From: Terriglobia bacterium
GTDB taxonomy: Bacteria; Acidobacteriota; Terriglobia; 20CM-2-55-15
Assembly (NCBI GenBank): GCA_965218585.1
Contig: CBDCLE010000002.1
Span: 32,001 to 96,000 of the forward strand
Reading direction: 5' to 3'
DNA length: 64,000 nt
Positions within the stretch are counted from its first letter, which is position 1; every line of letters starts with the position of its first letter. The notes below the pieces were generated by a model. The model was not told the origin of the DNA, did no database searches, and saw only the letters and a program-made list of their open reading frames with translations. A program made the position numbers and the translations under genes. Below are positions 31,969-41,848 of the stretch, piece after piece.

Positions 31969-33057
31969 ATGAATTCGAAGCGGTTTCTGACAACGGCCTT
32001 GTTTCTTCTCATTCCCGCGATCCTTATGAGCCAGGAGGTAGCCCCCAACCTGCCACCGGCGCCGGAAGACTGGCCACCGCCAGCAATGTCATCGCCCGAA
32101 CACCCGCTTCTGCCCCAACTACTGGCGATGTGTGAGGACCCGCCCCCTTTGCCCGGTGGCGGTGGGGGCGGACCGACCGAGCCCGCACCGGGACCCCGGG
32201 ACTACACGGTGAGCGGGATTCCTGGAGTCATCGCTGCAGGCGAGCGGTGGCGGTTTCTCTGGCAGGAGGATAGAAACGTTGGCGACGGCATTGTTGGCGC
32301 CGACGATGGAAGCCTGCTGATCGCGCAGGACAACAACAGTCAGGTCTTGAAACTTGAGACCGACGGGACCACTTCGGTTGAGTATTCGAATACCCGAACC
32401 GGGGGCTCGCTCTCCATCAACAAGAACGGTGAGGTGTTCATGGTCCAGAGGGCCCTCCGGAGTGCGATCGTCCAGATGGCCCCGGTTCGAAGAATCCTCG
32501 CGAATAATTATCGGGGTGGCCCGCTCGACTGCGTCGGCGGCAACCCCAACGATCTGACAGCCGACAGCAAGGGCGGAGCCTACTTCAGCCAGGGCGCGGT
32601 CTACTATGCGGCACCGAACGGCATCATCACGCAGTACGGCGAGAACATTCGACCCAACGGGGTCATTTTGAGCGCCGATGAACAGACGCTCTACGTGACG
32701 AACCGTCAGACGATTGCGGCGTTCGACGTCCAAACCGACGGTTCGCTGACCAACCAGCGCGTGTTCGCAACGCTCGAGGGCGGGGGCAACGGCGACGGAA
32801 CGACGATCGACGGCGAAGGCCGTCTTTACGTCAGCACGAACCCGGGTGTTCAGGTAATCAGCCCGGAAAGCGAATACCTGGGAATCATTCCGACGCCGCG
32901 CGGCATCATCAGCACGGCCTTTAGCGGACCCGACAAGCGGACGCTGTTCATCCTCGCCTGCGGCGCGTCCAATTCCGAAGGCGAGCAGATCCGCAACGCA
33001 GCGCAGGTCTATACGATCCCGATGATCGCACAAGGCTATCTGGGCCGCCCGAAATAG
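31969..33057 (+). CDS. Secreted SMP-30/gluconolactonase family protein
   Basis: Signal peptide, PNDL, RPNGVILS, GDGTTIDGEGRLYV. RBS GGAGG. Confidence 0.85.
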   Translation: MNSKRFLTTALFLLIPAILMSQEVAPNLPPAPEDWPPPAMSSPEHPLLPQLLAMCEDPPPLPGGGGGGPTEPAPGPRDYTVSGIPGVIAAGERWRFLWQEDRNVGDGIVGADDGSLLIAQDNNSQVLKLETDGTTSVEYSNTRTGGSLSINKNGEVFMVQRALRSAIVQMAPVRRILANNYRGGPLDCVGGNPNDLTADSKGGAYFSQGAVYYAAPNGIITQYGENIRPNGVILSADEQTLYVTNRQTIAAFDVQTDGSLTNQRVFATLEGGGNGDGTTIDGEGRLYVSTNPGVQVISPESEYLGIIPTPRGIISTAFSGPDKRTLFILACGASNSEGEQIRNAAQVYTIPMIAQGYLGRPK

Positions 33058-33084
33058 ACCGAGCAACAACTTACTTATCCGCAC

Positions 33085-33112
33085 GAGGGGGCCGGCCTGA
33101 AAGCCCCCTTTT
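33085..33112 (+). terminator. Probable intrinsic terminator
   Basis: AGGGGGC..GCCCCCT stem followed by TTT after the gene end. Confidence 0.55.
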
Positions 33113-33196
33113 GTGTGTCTGGTCGTCGAGTGCGAGTTGGGGGACGGGACCTGATATGAACCCGACTCCCCCGAACATGGTGTCAGGATCGACACC

Positions 33197-33931
33197 ATGC
33201 GGAGCCTGTTCCCATCGCGCTACATCGCCTTCGATATAGAAACAGCCAAGATATTGCCCGAAGGTGCCTCGGAAATTCTAGCTTACCGGCCCCTCGGCAT
33301 CAGCTGCGCCGCGGCGTGTTTGACTGACACGGGTGAAACTATGACATGGCATGGAAACGCTGCGTCCGGGGAGCCGGCCCCTCAGATGTCGTCGGACGAA
33401 GCAACAGCCATGGTGGATGACCTCCGACGCTACGTGAACGAGGGCTACACGCTCGTCACATGGAACGGCACGGGGTTCGATTTCGACATACTGGCCGAGG
33501 AATCCGGAAGGTACGCCGAGTGCGCTGAACTGGCCGCCCATCACGTCGACATGCTCTTCCATGCCGTCTGCGTTCTGGGCCATCCCATCAGCCTCCAGAA
33601 AGCCGCCGAAGGAATGGAGATCAGGGGCAAGCTGGCCGAGATGAGTGGAGCAGAAGCACCTCATGCATGGGCTTCGGGTCGTTACAAGGAGGTCCTTGCC
33701 TACGTCACCCAGGACGCCGCGGTCACAGCACAGCTTGCGACTCTCTGTGAAGAGAGGGACGAACTTGCGTGGATCACTCGGCGGGAACAACGCCGGGCCA
33801 TGCCTCTACCCAAAGGCTGGCTGACGGTAGAACAGGCCATAGAGTTACCGCTGCCGGATACGTCATGGATGAGCGACCCGCCCCGTCGTGATCGGTATAC
33901 CGGGTGGATGGATTCCCAACCCGTACGGTAG
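33197..33931 (+). CDS. RNase H-like DEDD 3'-5' exonuclease domain protein
   Basis: ExoI AFDIET, ExoII TWNGTGFDF, ExoIII YVTQD. Confidence 0.82.
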   Translation: MRSLFPSRYIAFDIETAKILPEGASEILAYRPLGISCAAACLTDTGETMTWHGNAASGEPAPQMSSDEATAMVDDLRRYVNEGYTLVTWNGTGFDFDILAEESGRYAECAELAAHHVDMLFHAVCVLGHPISLQKAAEGMEIRGKLAEMSGAEAPHAWASGRYKEVLAYVTQDAAVTAQLATLCEERDELAWITRREQRRAMPLPKGWLTVEQAIELPLPDTSWMSDPPRRDRYTGWMDSQPVR

Positions 33932-34174
33932 AAAAGCGCGAGCGGCGAGGGCCCTATGCACCGGAACGGGCGTAAACAGACGTCGGAATAACCACTTCCG
34001 GAAACTTCCGTAGCAGCTCCCTGTCAGAACTGACGAGCTTCGATCCTCGCTTGACAGCGAGCGCGACGAAGAACGTGTCTTAGACCGCGACATTTCGGGC
34101 CACAGCGAATTCAAGCGCCTGTTCCCTCAACTGTGACGCGGAGACAACCTCGGGCACCTCGCGTCCGCCTCGAC

Positions 34175-37100
34175 CTAATAAGTCGGAAAATCGGATAGCC
34201 ACTCATACTTCGTGTCCCTAAACAGGTCGGGATGCGCCACTAGCACGAGTTTCTTGCGGGCACGTGTCATGGCGACGTTAAAACGGCGGTCGTCGAAGAC
34301 GAAGCTGCTCCCGCGAGACCGGACCAGAGACAGGATAATCACGTCGCGTTCTCCGCCCTGGAAGCGCTCGACGGTATCGACCATCACACCGGTGCCGTCC
34401 AGCAACTGCCGCAGCAAGACGACCTGTGCGCGGAACGGCGATATCACACCGATACTCTCGGGTGGCGCATGTTCGGAGATTGAACGAACCAGATCTTTGA
34501 CCACACGGGCTTCGGCCCGATTTGCGCGGCCCTCGGAAACCGTATCAACGGGAACGAAGGACATTGGCTGGCCCATCGGTGGCTGACGTTCGCCGGCGTC
34601 GATTCCGGCTCTCAATGCACCGTCGTAATATAAACGGTTCGAAACGCTCATGATCTCCGGATGCATCCGATACTGGACATCGAGCAGCGTCATTCGATCC
34701 CGATGACCTGGTAAAACTTCATTTTTCAATCGTTCGAACAAAGAGGACTTCAGGCCGCTGGTGCGTACGACAGGTGGGAGTTGCTTATCGTCGCCAATCA
34801 ACACGAAGCGCCGGGCACGCATGACCAAGCCCAGCGTGAGGGGTTCGGTCAATTGTGCCGCCTCGTCGATCAGCGTCATTTCGAAGGAACGTCCGCGCAG
34901 ATAGGGGTGGCTCGACCCGCGGTGCGCTGTCGCAGCGACGAGCGGAATCTGATCCAGACGGCGACGTAGTTGTTTCGGACTCCGAATAATGTTTGCCAGG
35001 TCTTCGCTGAAATACTCGGGGGCACGCTCCCCGAGTCGGCGGGCAAGTTCGGGAGAATCCTTCGACCGACCCATCCTCAGGAACGGTGTTTCGGGATGCA
35101 CGTCCAATACGGACAGCAACATCTTGTCGAGCGCCGTGTTCGTGAAAGCGCCGAGGAGGACGCTACCGGAAACATGGCTAACGATCTCGGGTACGACCCG
35201 TGTCTTCCCTGTCCCCGGCGGTCCCCAGATGAGATGGAACACCGGACATCCAACGGCTCTCTGGACCGCCTGGACCTGACTCGGATTCAGACGGGACGTT
35301 AAACCGGACCGACTTCCATCGATGTCGGCTTCGTCAACTGTCCGCTCAGCAACGACGGCGTCCAGATCCCCAAGGACGACACGTCTGGATGGACTGGGGG
35401 GAGCGCGAAGAAAATCGAACAACGCCGTCTGGCTGACAATCGAAGTTTGATCCGATGGAAAACGGTCGATCGTCCACGAACCCTTTCCCAGCGTGTCTTC
35501 AGAAATATTGTTGAGGGGGATCCGGACACTGACCTGGTGGGCGTCCACCGACCGCACGTAGCCGTGATAGGAAGGTGTGCTCGATATGGCTCCTGAATGG
35601 ACCAGAACACGGTCACCCACACCGAGGTCGGACGTGTTTTCCTCGAACTCGAATCTGAAAAGGCCCGACTCCATTCCCACCGGACGAGCATCACAAATCG
35701 TCTTGAAGTTCCGGACACGGTAGCCCAACCGGCTGTCATCAAGGAGATCGGCAAGATCCTGATCGGCGTAATCGCGTTCGCGCTGCACCAGTCGTGAAAA
35801 CCTTCGGTAGTAAGCCAGGTCGGAGGGGTCCTCCTCAGGCTTAAGCAGGTGGGACACATCTCCGAACGTCTGGGAATCTTCCTGGCATCTGGATTTCGTC
35901 CACGACATACACGCTCCGCATACTTCGTCGTCGTAACCGGCGTAAGGCAATCGGACGTGAGGCTCCTCACGGCCAAGATCATTCGCGTGCGCTACGAATC
36001 GGTTCCGCGCTTCGAGAACGTGGAGAAAATCCGCATCTGTCTTAAGCGGCGTGCTGGTGCCGTCATGAGAAGAGAGCAGCCGGGAGGTCAATTTGATCGG
36101 GTCCTCTTTCCGGACCCGTGCTCGACGCACGTAGTCAGAGAACAAGAGTCGATAGATGAAAAGCTGGGCGTGGTCTTCCGGCCGAATGCGTTTGCCGGTC
36201 TTCAATTCAACGATGTCCAACCCGTCTTCGCCCTTGAACACAGCGTCGATCCGGCCCTGGATGCCAATCGTCGCCGAATAGCGCCGCAGTTCCACTTGAG
36301 GGTCACGGCGCATGTGAGGGTTGAGGTCGACGAATTCCTTGAGAGTCCGCGCATGCCGGAAGACGTCTTGAGTGAATGTCTCTTCGTCAAACAGATCATC
36401 AGCGATTGATGCCAACTGGACCAGAAAATCGGGCAGGACCTTTCGATAGCACGCCTCCAGATCATCTTCGCCCTCGATGATCCTGTCCAGTATCGAATGG
36501 ACAACCATGCCCTTGAGAGTGTGCACGGTGACGTCTCCCCGGCCTTTGCGGATCTGGTCGATCTGTGGCTTGGGACAAGCAAGGCTCCGGGCTACTGTTG
36601 TGGCGTTCACCTGGCGGAGCGGTTCGAGGACGAAGAACGTGTCGGCAGATGTTATGAAGTCAGTCGCCGTGTCCGGAACAAGGTTGTATGCCGCTATACG
36701 AGCGTGAACCCATAAATAAGGCACGATGAAACAGGCCGAAGGGTTGACCGAAGAGCGCGCGTGCACTTCGATTTCGCGATCACGCAACTCGCCGCTGGTG
36801 ACCTGCGCCTGGAAAGAGGCCTCCCACCCGTCATCTGACCGGACAAGCGAACCGACACGTAGTATGCGCGCTTCCGGTATGACAACACGGTTACTGTCTT
36901 CACTCTGGGAAGGAGATGCGGCTTCCAGAACAGGGGGATTGCGATCGAGAATCCCGTAGAGACCGGTAACGACCTCGTCGATGGATTCGTAGTCTCCGGC
37001 CAGTGCCCGCCAAACCACCTGGGCCAGATACCTTGAGACACCGTGCTCCGGCCCCATCAGGGTCTGAGGGTCCTTCCGGAACGCATCCCCCGATACGTTC

Positions 37101-37201
37101 CCGCCAGTCAACACCTCCAACATCGAAAGACCGGCTTGTTCAACACCCATACCCGGCGTCGAAGAGAGGGTCTCAATGAGGCTGGCAACGGGAGATGGCA
37201 T
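34175..37201 (-). CDS. Dna2-like PD-(D/E)XK nuclease fused to an SF1 (Upf1-like) helicase
   Basis: CP..GRIDAV..VELKTG..HAQLFIY..CGAC-x7-C; helicase motifs GPPGTGKT, DEAAQ, GDDKQLPP, QYRM, TVERFQGGE, NVAMTRAR. Confidence 0.88.
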   Translation of the reverse strand: MPSPVASLIETLSSTPGMGVEQAGLSMLEVLTGGNVSGDAFRKDPQTLMGPEHGVSRYLAQVVWRALAGDYESIDEVVTGLYGILDRNPPVLEAASPSQSEDSNRVVIPEARILRVGSLVRSDDGWEASFQAQVTSGELRDREIEVHARSSVNPSACFIVPYLWVHARIAAYNLVPDTATDFITSADTFFVLEPLRQVNATTVARSLACPKPQIDQIRKGRGDVTVHTLKGMVVHSILDRIIEGEDDLEACYRKVLPDFLVQLASIADDLFDEETFTQDVFRHARTLKEFVDLNPHMRRDPQVELRRYSATIGIQGRIDAVFKGEDGLDIVELKTGKRIRPEDHAQLFIYRLLFSDYVRRARVRKEDPIKLTSRLLSSHDGTSTPLKTDADFLHVLEARNRFVAHANDLGREEPHVRLPYAGYDDEVCGACMSWTKSRCQEDSQTFGDVSHLLKPEEDPSDLAYYRRFSRLVQRERDYADQDLADLLDDSRLGYRVRNFKTICDARPVGMESGLFRFEFEENTSDLGVGDRVLVHSGAISSTPSYHGYVRSVDAHQVSVRIPLNNISEDTLGKGSWTIDRFPSDQTSIVSQTALFDFLRAPPSPSRRVVLGDLDAVVAERTVDEADIDGSRSGLTSRLNPSQVQAVQRAVGCPVFHLIWGPPGTGKTRVVPEIVSHVSGSVLLGAFTNTALDKMLLSVLDVHPETPFLRMGRSKDSPELARRLGERAPEYFSEDLANIIRSPKQLRRRLDQIPLVAATAHRGSSHPYLRGRSFEMTLIDEAAQLTEPLTLGLVMRARRFVLIGDDKQLPPVVRTSGLKSSLFERLKNEVLPGHRDRMTLLDVQYRMHPEIMSVSNRLYYDGALRAGIDAGERQPPMGQPMSFVPVDTVSEGRANRAEARVVKDLVRSISEHAPPESIGVISPFRAQVVLLRQLLDGTGVMVDTVERFQGGERDVIILSLVRSRGSSFVFDDRRFNVAMTRARKKLVLVAHPDLFRDTKYEWLSDFPTY

Positions 37202-37445
37202 CGATGATCAGGTTACACGTGTTGGACCCATTGGTTGCCCGGATTTCGCAGATGGACCGGGCTTGCGCAGATTATGCGTTCTTATTGGTGAGGGACGACG
37301 GAAGTGAATCTGGTGGATCTTCAATTTTGGACACCGGAGCCGTCTCACGAAACCGCAACCGTGCTCAAATCCCTGATGGCAGCAAAGGGTATTCCGGTGT
37401 CCTCACCTGAACAAAACGTCACTCAGAAATGGGAGTCATGGTTCA

Positions 37446-38318
37446 CTAGTCGTTGAATTTCGCCGGCGTTGTATCGTCCGGGTACGGATTATTGAACGTC
37501 TGATACAGCTCGGTCAGTCCCGCATCGGGGTCACAGTCCCAGGTCTCAATCGGGTCCTCGTCGGTCCGCTCCAGCATCCCGGTGAACACGAACGGGGCTT
37601 TCAAGAAAAGCGGATCTTCCACCGTGATCTCCAGTTCCATAGTGTCAATCCCCGTAAGGGTGTATCGCTCCGTAAATCGCGCCAGATGGGATCGTGCGAT
37701 GTGGGAAAGATCGTCATAGCCGTCCGGGTCCCACGTCAAGTTCGTAGTCTCGACGACGAAGGTGTCGCCATCCATCCAGCCCAGGGAATGCCCGTGAGAA
37801 TACAGCTCCGAGGCTGGCGGATGTTTCCGCCCGTCCATCCAGATCCAGCGCCACCAGTTGGACTGCTCGTAGTGCATGACAAGCGCGTCTGGTCTTTTGG
37901 AGAAAGTTCTCAAGTAACCTTCGGTCAGAACGGTGCCGAGGCTCGCCTTGGCGCAGGCCCATTTCGGCGATATCGCGTCGTCTCCCTGTGAGAATTCCAA
38001 CCAGGCACGGCCTCGCCCGTTTAACATCGCTTCCAGCTCGTCGGCCGGCCACTGACAGAGAAACTCGCCGGGTGCCCCGGGCAGTATGCGCGGGTTGCCG
38101 TAGGAATCTAGACGGGAACCGCAACTCTGTCTCCCGGTTCGCCAGTCCCAGGTGCCGACAAACGCGAACGGCACGTCCGAGATCGTCGGGATCCTGTCGA
38201 GATCGAAGACCTGAGCTGACGCGTCGGTTGCGCCCGTCATGACGACGGCTGCTAAAAACGCAACACTCAGAGTTGCTTTCAAGATCGGCCTGTAGGATTT
38301 GCCCTTAGTAGAATCCAT
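37446..38318 (-). CDS. Secreted hypothetical protein (DUF6152-partner family)
   Basis: Signal peptide; RWIWMDGR..GHSLGWMDGDTFVVET..ERYT..EDP..WDC, shared with 60969..61664 and the C-half of 61731..62747. Confidence 0.75.
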   Translation of the reverse strand: MDSTKGKSYRPILKATLSVAFLAAVVMTGATDASAQVFDLDRIPTISDVPFAFVGTWDWRTGRQSCGSRLDSYGNPRILPGAPGEFLCQWPADELEAMLNGRGRAWLEFSQGDDAISPKWACAKASLGTVLTEGYLRTFSKRPDALVMHYEQSNWWRWIWMDGRKHPPASELYSHGHSLGWMDGDTFVVETTNLTWDPDGYDDLSHIARSHLARFTERYTLTGIDTMELEITVEDPLFLKAPFVFTGMLERTDEDPIETWDCDPDAGLTELYQTFNNPYPDDTTPAKFND

Positions 38319-38547
38319 GTTTCATTCTCCCTTTTGAGCTGCAAGATGCTGTCAACTTAGGTTCCCGCGGATTGCGGTCACTTGCCCGGTGTATACCCCT
38401 TGCAATATGGACTGTCAAGGACACCGTGCTTGCTGTCAGAGGAAAGCCCTTGACACCCACCATGCGCCTTGGTCTGATACGCTCGCATCGTCTCTAACTC
38501 AATGGGTATCGTCAGGGTGAAACAGGCTGGCGCAGAAGGAGAGAATC

Positions 38548-39426
38548 ATGTGCGACGAAGAAACAGTTAAAGACGCAAACAAATACCTCGAGAGCTCGGG
38601 GAAACTGACGCGGCGACAGTTCGGCACACTATCGGCCGCGGCCGGGTTGGCCATGATCTTGCCGAAGGCGGCCGATGCTCAGGCGGTTATGGAAACAGAC
38701 GTGAATGTTCCAACGCCTGACGGAACGGCCGACTGCTACTTCGTGCACCCGTCGAACGGTCAATACCCCGGCGTGATTATCTGGCCGGACATTCTCGGCC
38801 TGCGCCCCGCCTTCAGGATGATGGGAAAACGGCTCGCTGAATCGGGCTATTCCGTCCTGGTCGTCAATCCTTTCTATCGCGGGAGCAAGGCTCCTGTTGT
38901 CCCCGAAGGCGCGAGCTTTCAGGACGAAAAGACTCGCAACATCGTCATGCCGCTGGCGAGGTCGTTGAACGCTGAAACCCACATGACCGACGCCCGGGCC
39001 TTTGTCAGTTTCCTGGACCGGCAGACCCCCGTCGATACGAACCGGGGAATCGGAACGACGGGTTACTGCATGGGTGGGCCGATTGTGATGCGTACCGCAG
39101 CTGCAGTTCCTGGACGCGTGGGGGCCGGTGCGTCCTTCCACGGTGGAGGGTTGGTGACCGACGCGCCCGATAGCCCGCATCTGCTGGTCCCCGATATGGA
39201 CGCGCAGTTCCTGTTTGCGATCGCTGCCAACGACGACGAGAGTGATCCGGAAGCAAAGAACGTACTCCGGGAAACGTATAGCGACGCAGGACTAAAGGCA
39301 GAAATCGAGGTTTACGAGGGTGCCCTGCATGGCTGGTGTCCGCCGGATTCGGCCGTGTACAACGAGGTCCAGGCAGAACGAGCGTGGAGCCGCCTGCTGG
39401 TCCTCTTTGAGTCTGCTTTGGCCTAG
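38548..39426 (+). CDS. Tat-exported dienelactone hydrolase family protein
   Basis: LTRRQFG Tat motif; nucleophile motif GYCMGG; HGW. Confidence 0.9.
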   Translation: MCDEETVKDANKYLESSGKLTRRQFGTLSAAAGLAMILPKAADAQAVMETDVNVPTPDGTADCYFVHPSNGQYPGVIIWPDILGLRPAFRMMGKRLAESGYSVLVVNPFYRGSKAPVVPEGASFQDEKTRNIVMPLARSLNAETHMTDARAFVSFLDRQTPVDTNRGIGTTGYCMGGPIVMRTAAAVPGRVGAGASFHGGGLVTDAPDSPHLLVPDMDAQFLFAIAANDDESDPEAKNVLRETYSDAGLKAEIEVYEGALHGWCPPDSAVYNEVQAERAWSRLLVLFESALA

Positions 39427-39498
39427 CTAAAAGGATGGAATCGGGAACGCAACCGAAGTGTGAGACAATCCACCTCATTAGAGAGGGGAGGTTTGACG

Positions 39499-40218
39499 AT
39501 GGCTATCTCACGACGTAAAGCAATCGCTATTTCGGGCTCGACGCTGGCAGGGTTGTCTCTGGGTGTAGTCAAGCCAGAAGCCTTGGCAGCCCGGGTCGCA
39601 CAACAGGAAGACTGGCCGGACCAACTGGTGGAACGCCCGATGAGGGACGGTTTCCCCGCGCCTCTTCCACTCAACCCGGACGGTTCGGCGCCGGAACACC
39701 CCGAGAGCGAAGCCGGCCCCATCACAGACCCGCTCATGTGGCGTACTGCGGACCGCCAGGCGCCTGAAATCGAATTCGACTACCGGCAGATGGCGATCCG
39801 CGTGGACACCCGCGGGATGGCCCGGCTGGGTGGAACCCTGCGCTTTTCAGATCTCGAGGTGTTGCCGGTGGTCTCGAACACATTTCTCCTGCAGTGCGGG
39901 GCACCGAACCCGCGCGGAATAGTGAAGTGGACCGGCGTTCGCTTCTCGGACTTTGCCGACGTGCTGGGCCTGCTGCCCGAAGTGCACTATTGCCGGGTTA
40001 TGGGATCGGACGGGCGTTACGCTGACGAAACTGTGGAAACGCTTCGGCACCCGCAGGTGATGCTTGCGTGGATGATGAACGACGAACCGATTCCCCCAAG
40101 GCATGGAGCACCGCTTCGCCTCATCGTTCCTTTCCGGTACGGAGCCCGAAGCATTAAAGCGATTACCGAGTTCACCTTTTCGAGCCCGGCCCTTCCTGCA
40201 CCACCGCAGGCAGGCTGA
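39499..40218 (+). CDS. Tat-exported molybdopterin oxidoreductase (sulfite oxidase/MsrP-like)
   Basis: ISRRKAI; Mo-ligand Cys in LQCG; WTGV; HGAPLRLIVPFRYGARSIK. Confidence 0.85.
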   Translation: MAISRRKAIAISGSTLAGLSLGVVKPEALAARVAQQEDWPDQLVERPMRDGFPAPLPLNPDGSAPEHPESEAGPITDPLMWRTADRQAPEIEFDYRQMAIRVDTRGMARLGGTLRFSDLEVLPVVSNTFLLQCGAPNPRGIVKWTGVRFSDFADVLGLLPEVHYCRVMGSDGRYADETVETLRHPQVMLAWMMNDEPIPPRHGAPLRLIVPFRYGARSIKAITEFTFSSPALPAPPQAG

Positions 40219-40257
40219 CGGGCGGGTCAGAGGGCGGCGAAACATCAGGAAGCTTAA

Positions 40258-40293
40258 ATAGGGACATAGGGCTCTGACCCCTATGTCCCTAAT
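40258..40293. repeat. Hairpin between convergent genes
   Basis: TAGGGACATAGGGG-CTCTGA-CCCCTATGTCCCTA. Confidence 0.65.
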
Positions 40294-40984
40294 TGACTCC
40301 GCAGCGGGCTGCCAATTCCCTGCTGGTCAACCAGAACTGCCCGGTGATGACCCGCTGGCCGACGACCGGCTGGTAGAGACCTTCCAGTGTCCCCATGTTC
40401 CAGACCGTGACGGGTGAGGCGCCAACGTTGAGGTCCCACTCACCGGCCTCGTTATAGGTAACACCCGGCAGCGGATACCGGAAGGCGGGCGAATGAGAGC
40501 CGAAGGGAACAGCCGGTCCCATGCCGTGGACACGACTCAACAGTTGTTCCGTGTCACCGAAAGTTTCCGCATCATCGAACAAGACCTGGATGGCGCCGAC
40601 GCTCTCCTCGCAGAAGAGGAGATTGACCTGTTCGACTGTAAGATCTTCTGCAAACAGAAACGTCACAAGTCCCCGTCCGAAATTGGATTCCGAGAGCGGC
40701 ACCGTGTTGGTGGAAGGCAGGTTCTCCGGGGGCTCCAACGCCCCCTCGAGTCCGAGCGCCTCGTCCGGGGCCGTGGCCTCGAGTTCCCGGATCAGAGTTC
40801 GGTTCCAACCTTCGAGATGCCCCATAGCAGCGTCGAAGTCCGAATCGAGCAAGTCGCGCAAAACCCCTATGTTATCGATCTGCGCACCGGTTGAGACCGG
40901 AGGGTGCGAAACCAGGACTACCAACGCCGTAAGCAGTAGCAGCCTTCTTCCGAAACGCGTTTGTGTGTGCAGTGTGCGTTGCAT
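40289..40984 (-). CDS. Secreted hypothetical protein
   Basis: Signal-like RRLLLLTALVVLV after ATG 40984. The track ORF start lies inside the IS1 element. Confidence 0.65.
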   Translation of the reverse strand: MQRTLHTQTRFGRRLLLLTALVVLVSHPPVSTGAQIDNIGVLRDLLDSDFDAAMGHLEGWNRTLIRELEATAPDEALGLEGALEPPENLPSTNTVPLSESNFGRGLVTFLFAEDLTVEQVNLLFCEESVGAIQVLFDDAETFGDTEQLLSRVHGMGPAVPFGSHSPAFRYPLPGVTYNEAGEWDLNVGASPVTVWNMGTLEGLYQPVVGQRVITGQFWLTSRELAARCGVN

Positions 40985-41075
40985 TGGAACATGCCGTCGG
41001 GATGCAGAAATTCGGTACTGGTCTAGTTTGAATTTCACTGGAGGGACTGCCGCCAAGTCGTGAGACAATGGCTGC

Positions 41076-41330
41076 ATGCCAGAACCGCGCAAGAATAAGC
41101 GGCCCCGCGACATGAACCAGCTTGCCTACCAGATCGTCCAGGAAGCGACGGGGCAAGCCCCACCAGAACAACCGGATACCCGCAACCCTGCTGCTGTCGC
41201 GCTTGCAAAGCTGGGAGCTTCAAAGGGAGGGAAGGCTAGAGCTGAGAAACTCAGCCCGCTGAAACGGAAGCAGATCGCGAAGAAAGCGGCTCAAGCTCGC
41301 TGGGGACAGCAACAAAATGATACGGATTAG
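41076..41330 (+). CDS. Small basic protein of the IS1 element (GGKARA..LS..KAAxARW motif)
   Basis: KRPRDMNQLAYQIV..NPAAVALAKLGASKGGKARAEKLSPLKRKQIAKKAAQARW. Confidence 0.85.
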   Translation: MPEPRKNKRPRDMNQLAYQIVQEATGQAPPEQPDTRNPAAVALAKLGASKGGKARAEKLSPLKRKQIAKKAAQARWGQQQNDTD

Positions 41331-41848
41331 CGTTGCTTACGCGGTGCCGATACGCCAGCCCGCATCCTAGGGGTTGCTACTCCAGCGACACTCGCTATCA
41401 GATCACTTCGGAACAGTTTTTTCAATTGTCCAGTTTTACTGATCCTGACAACGAACGGTCGCGCCTGACTATTCGCTAAATTTAGAAGTCGTTCTTGGTT
41501 CACAGTCAGCATCGAGGCCCAGTGTCTTGGCCCAAGACTGTTGTCATTCAGGACGACAAAGAACGCCTTTGAACGAACTATCGTATCTCTATAAAGGCGT
41601 TCTGCCGCTCGGTCTGCACTGATTATCAGCCAGCCACGGCTTGCCACGTCAGCGATCCACACGTCATCATCTTCGTCGTGCTCAAAGTGATCGTAGTGCG
41701 GTTCGATCTTAAAGCCAACACCAGTGAGATGCTCGACCAATTCACTGCCAGTGATGTTGCGGTCCGTGAAGAATACGGTGTCTCGTTTCAGGTCTTCAAG
41801 AAGCGATAGACGCGAACCGGATCGCTGTTTCGATGTCATTCGACCCAA
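41327..41848 (-). CDS. VapC45-like PIN-domain toxin (true start probably near 41800)
   Basis: FFTDRN..DDVWIADVASRGWLIISAD; overlaps the antitoxin stop. Confidence 0.78.
   Translation of the reverse strand: MGRMTSKQRSGSRLSLLEDLKRDTVFFTDRNITGSELVEHLTGVGFKIEPHYDHFEHDEDDDVWIADVASRGWLIISADRAAERLYRDTIVRSKAFFVVLNDNSLGPRHWASMLTVNQERLLNLANSQARPFVVRISKTGQLKKLFRSDLIASVAGVATPRMRAGVSAPRKQR

Noticed and set aside
34175-37201. Cas4-like nuclease motifs suggesting a CRISPR locus
   Set aside because: The domain is fused to an SF1 helicase (Dna2 architecture); no cas1/cas2 or repeat-spacer array was seen in the window.
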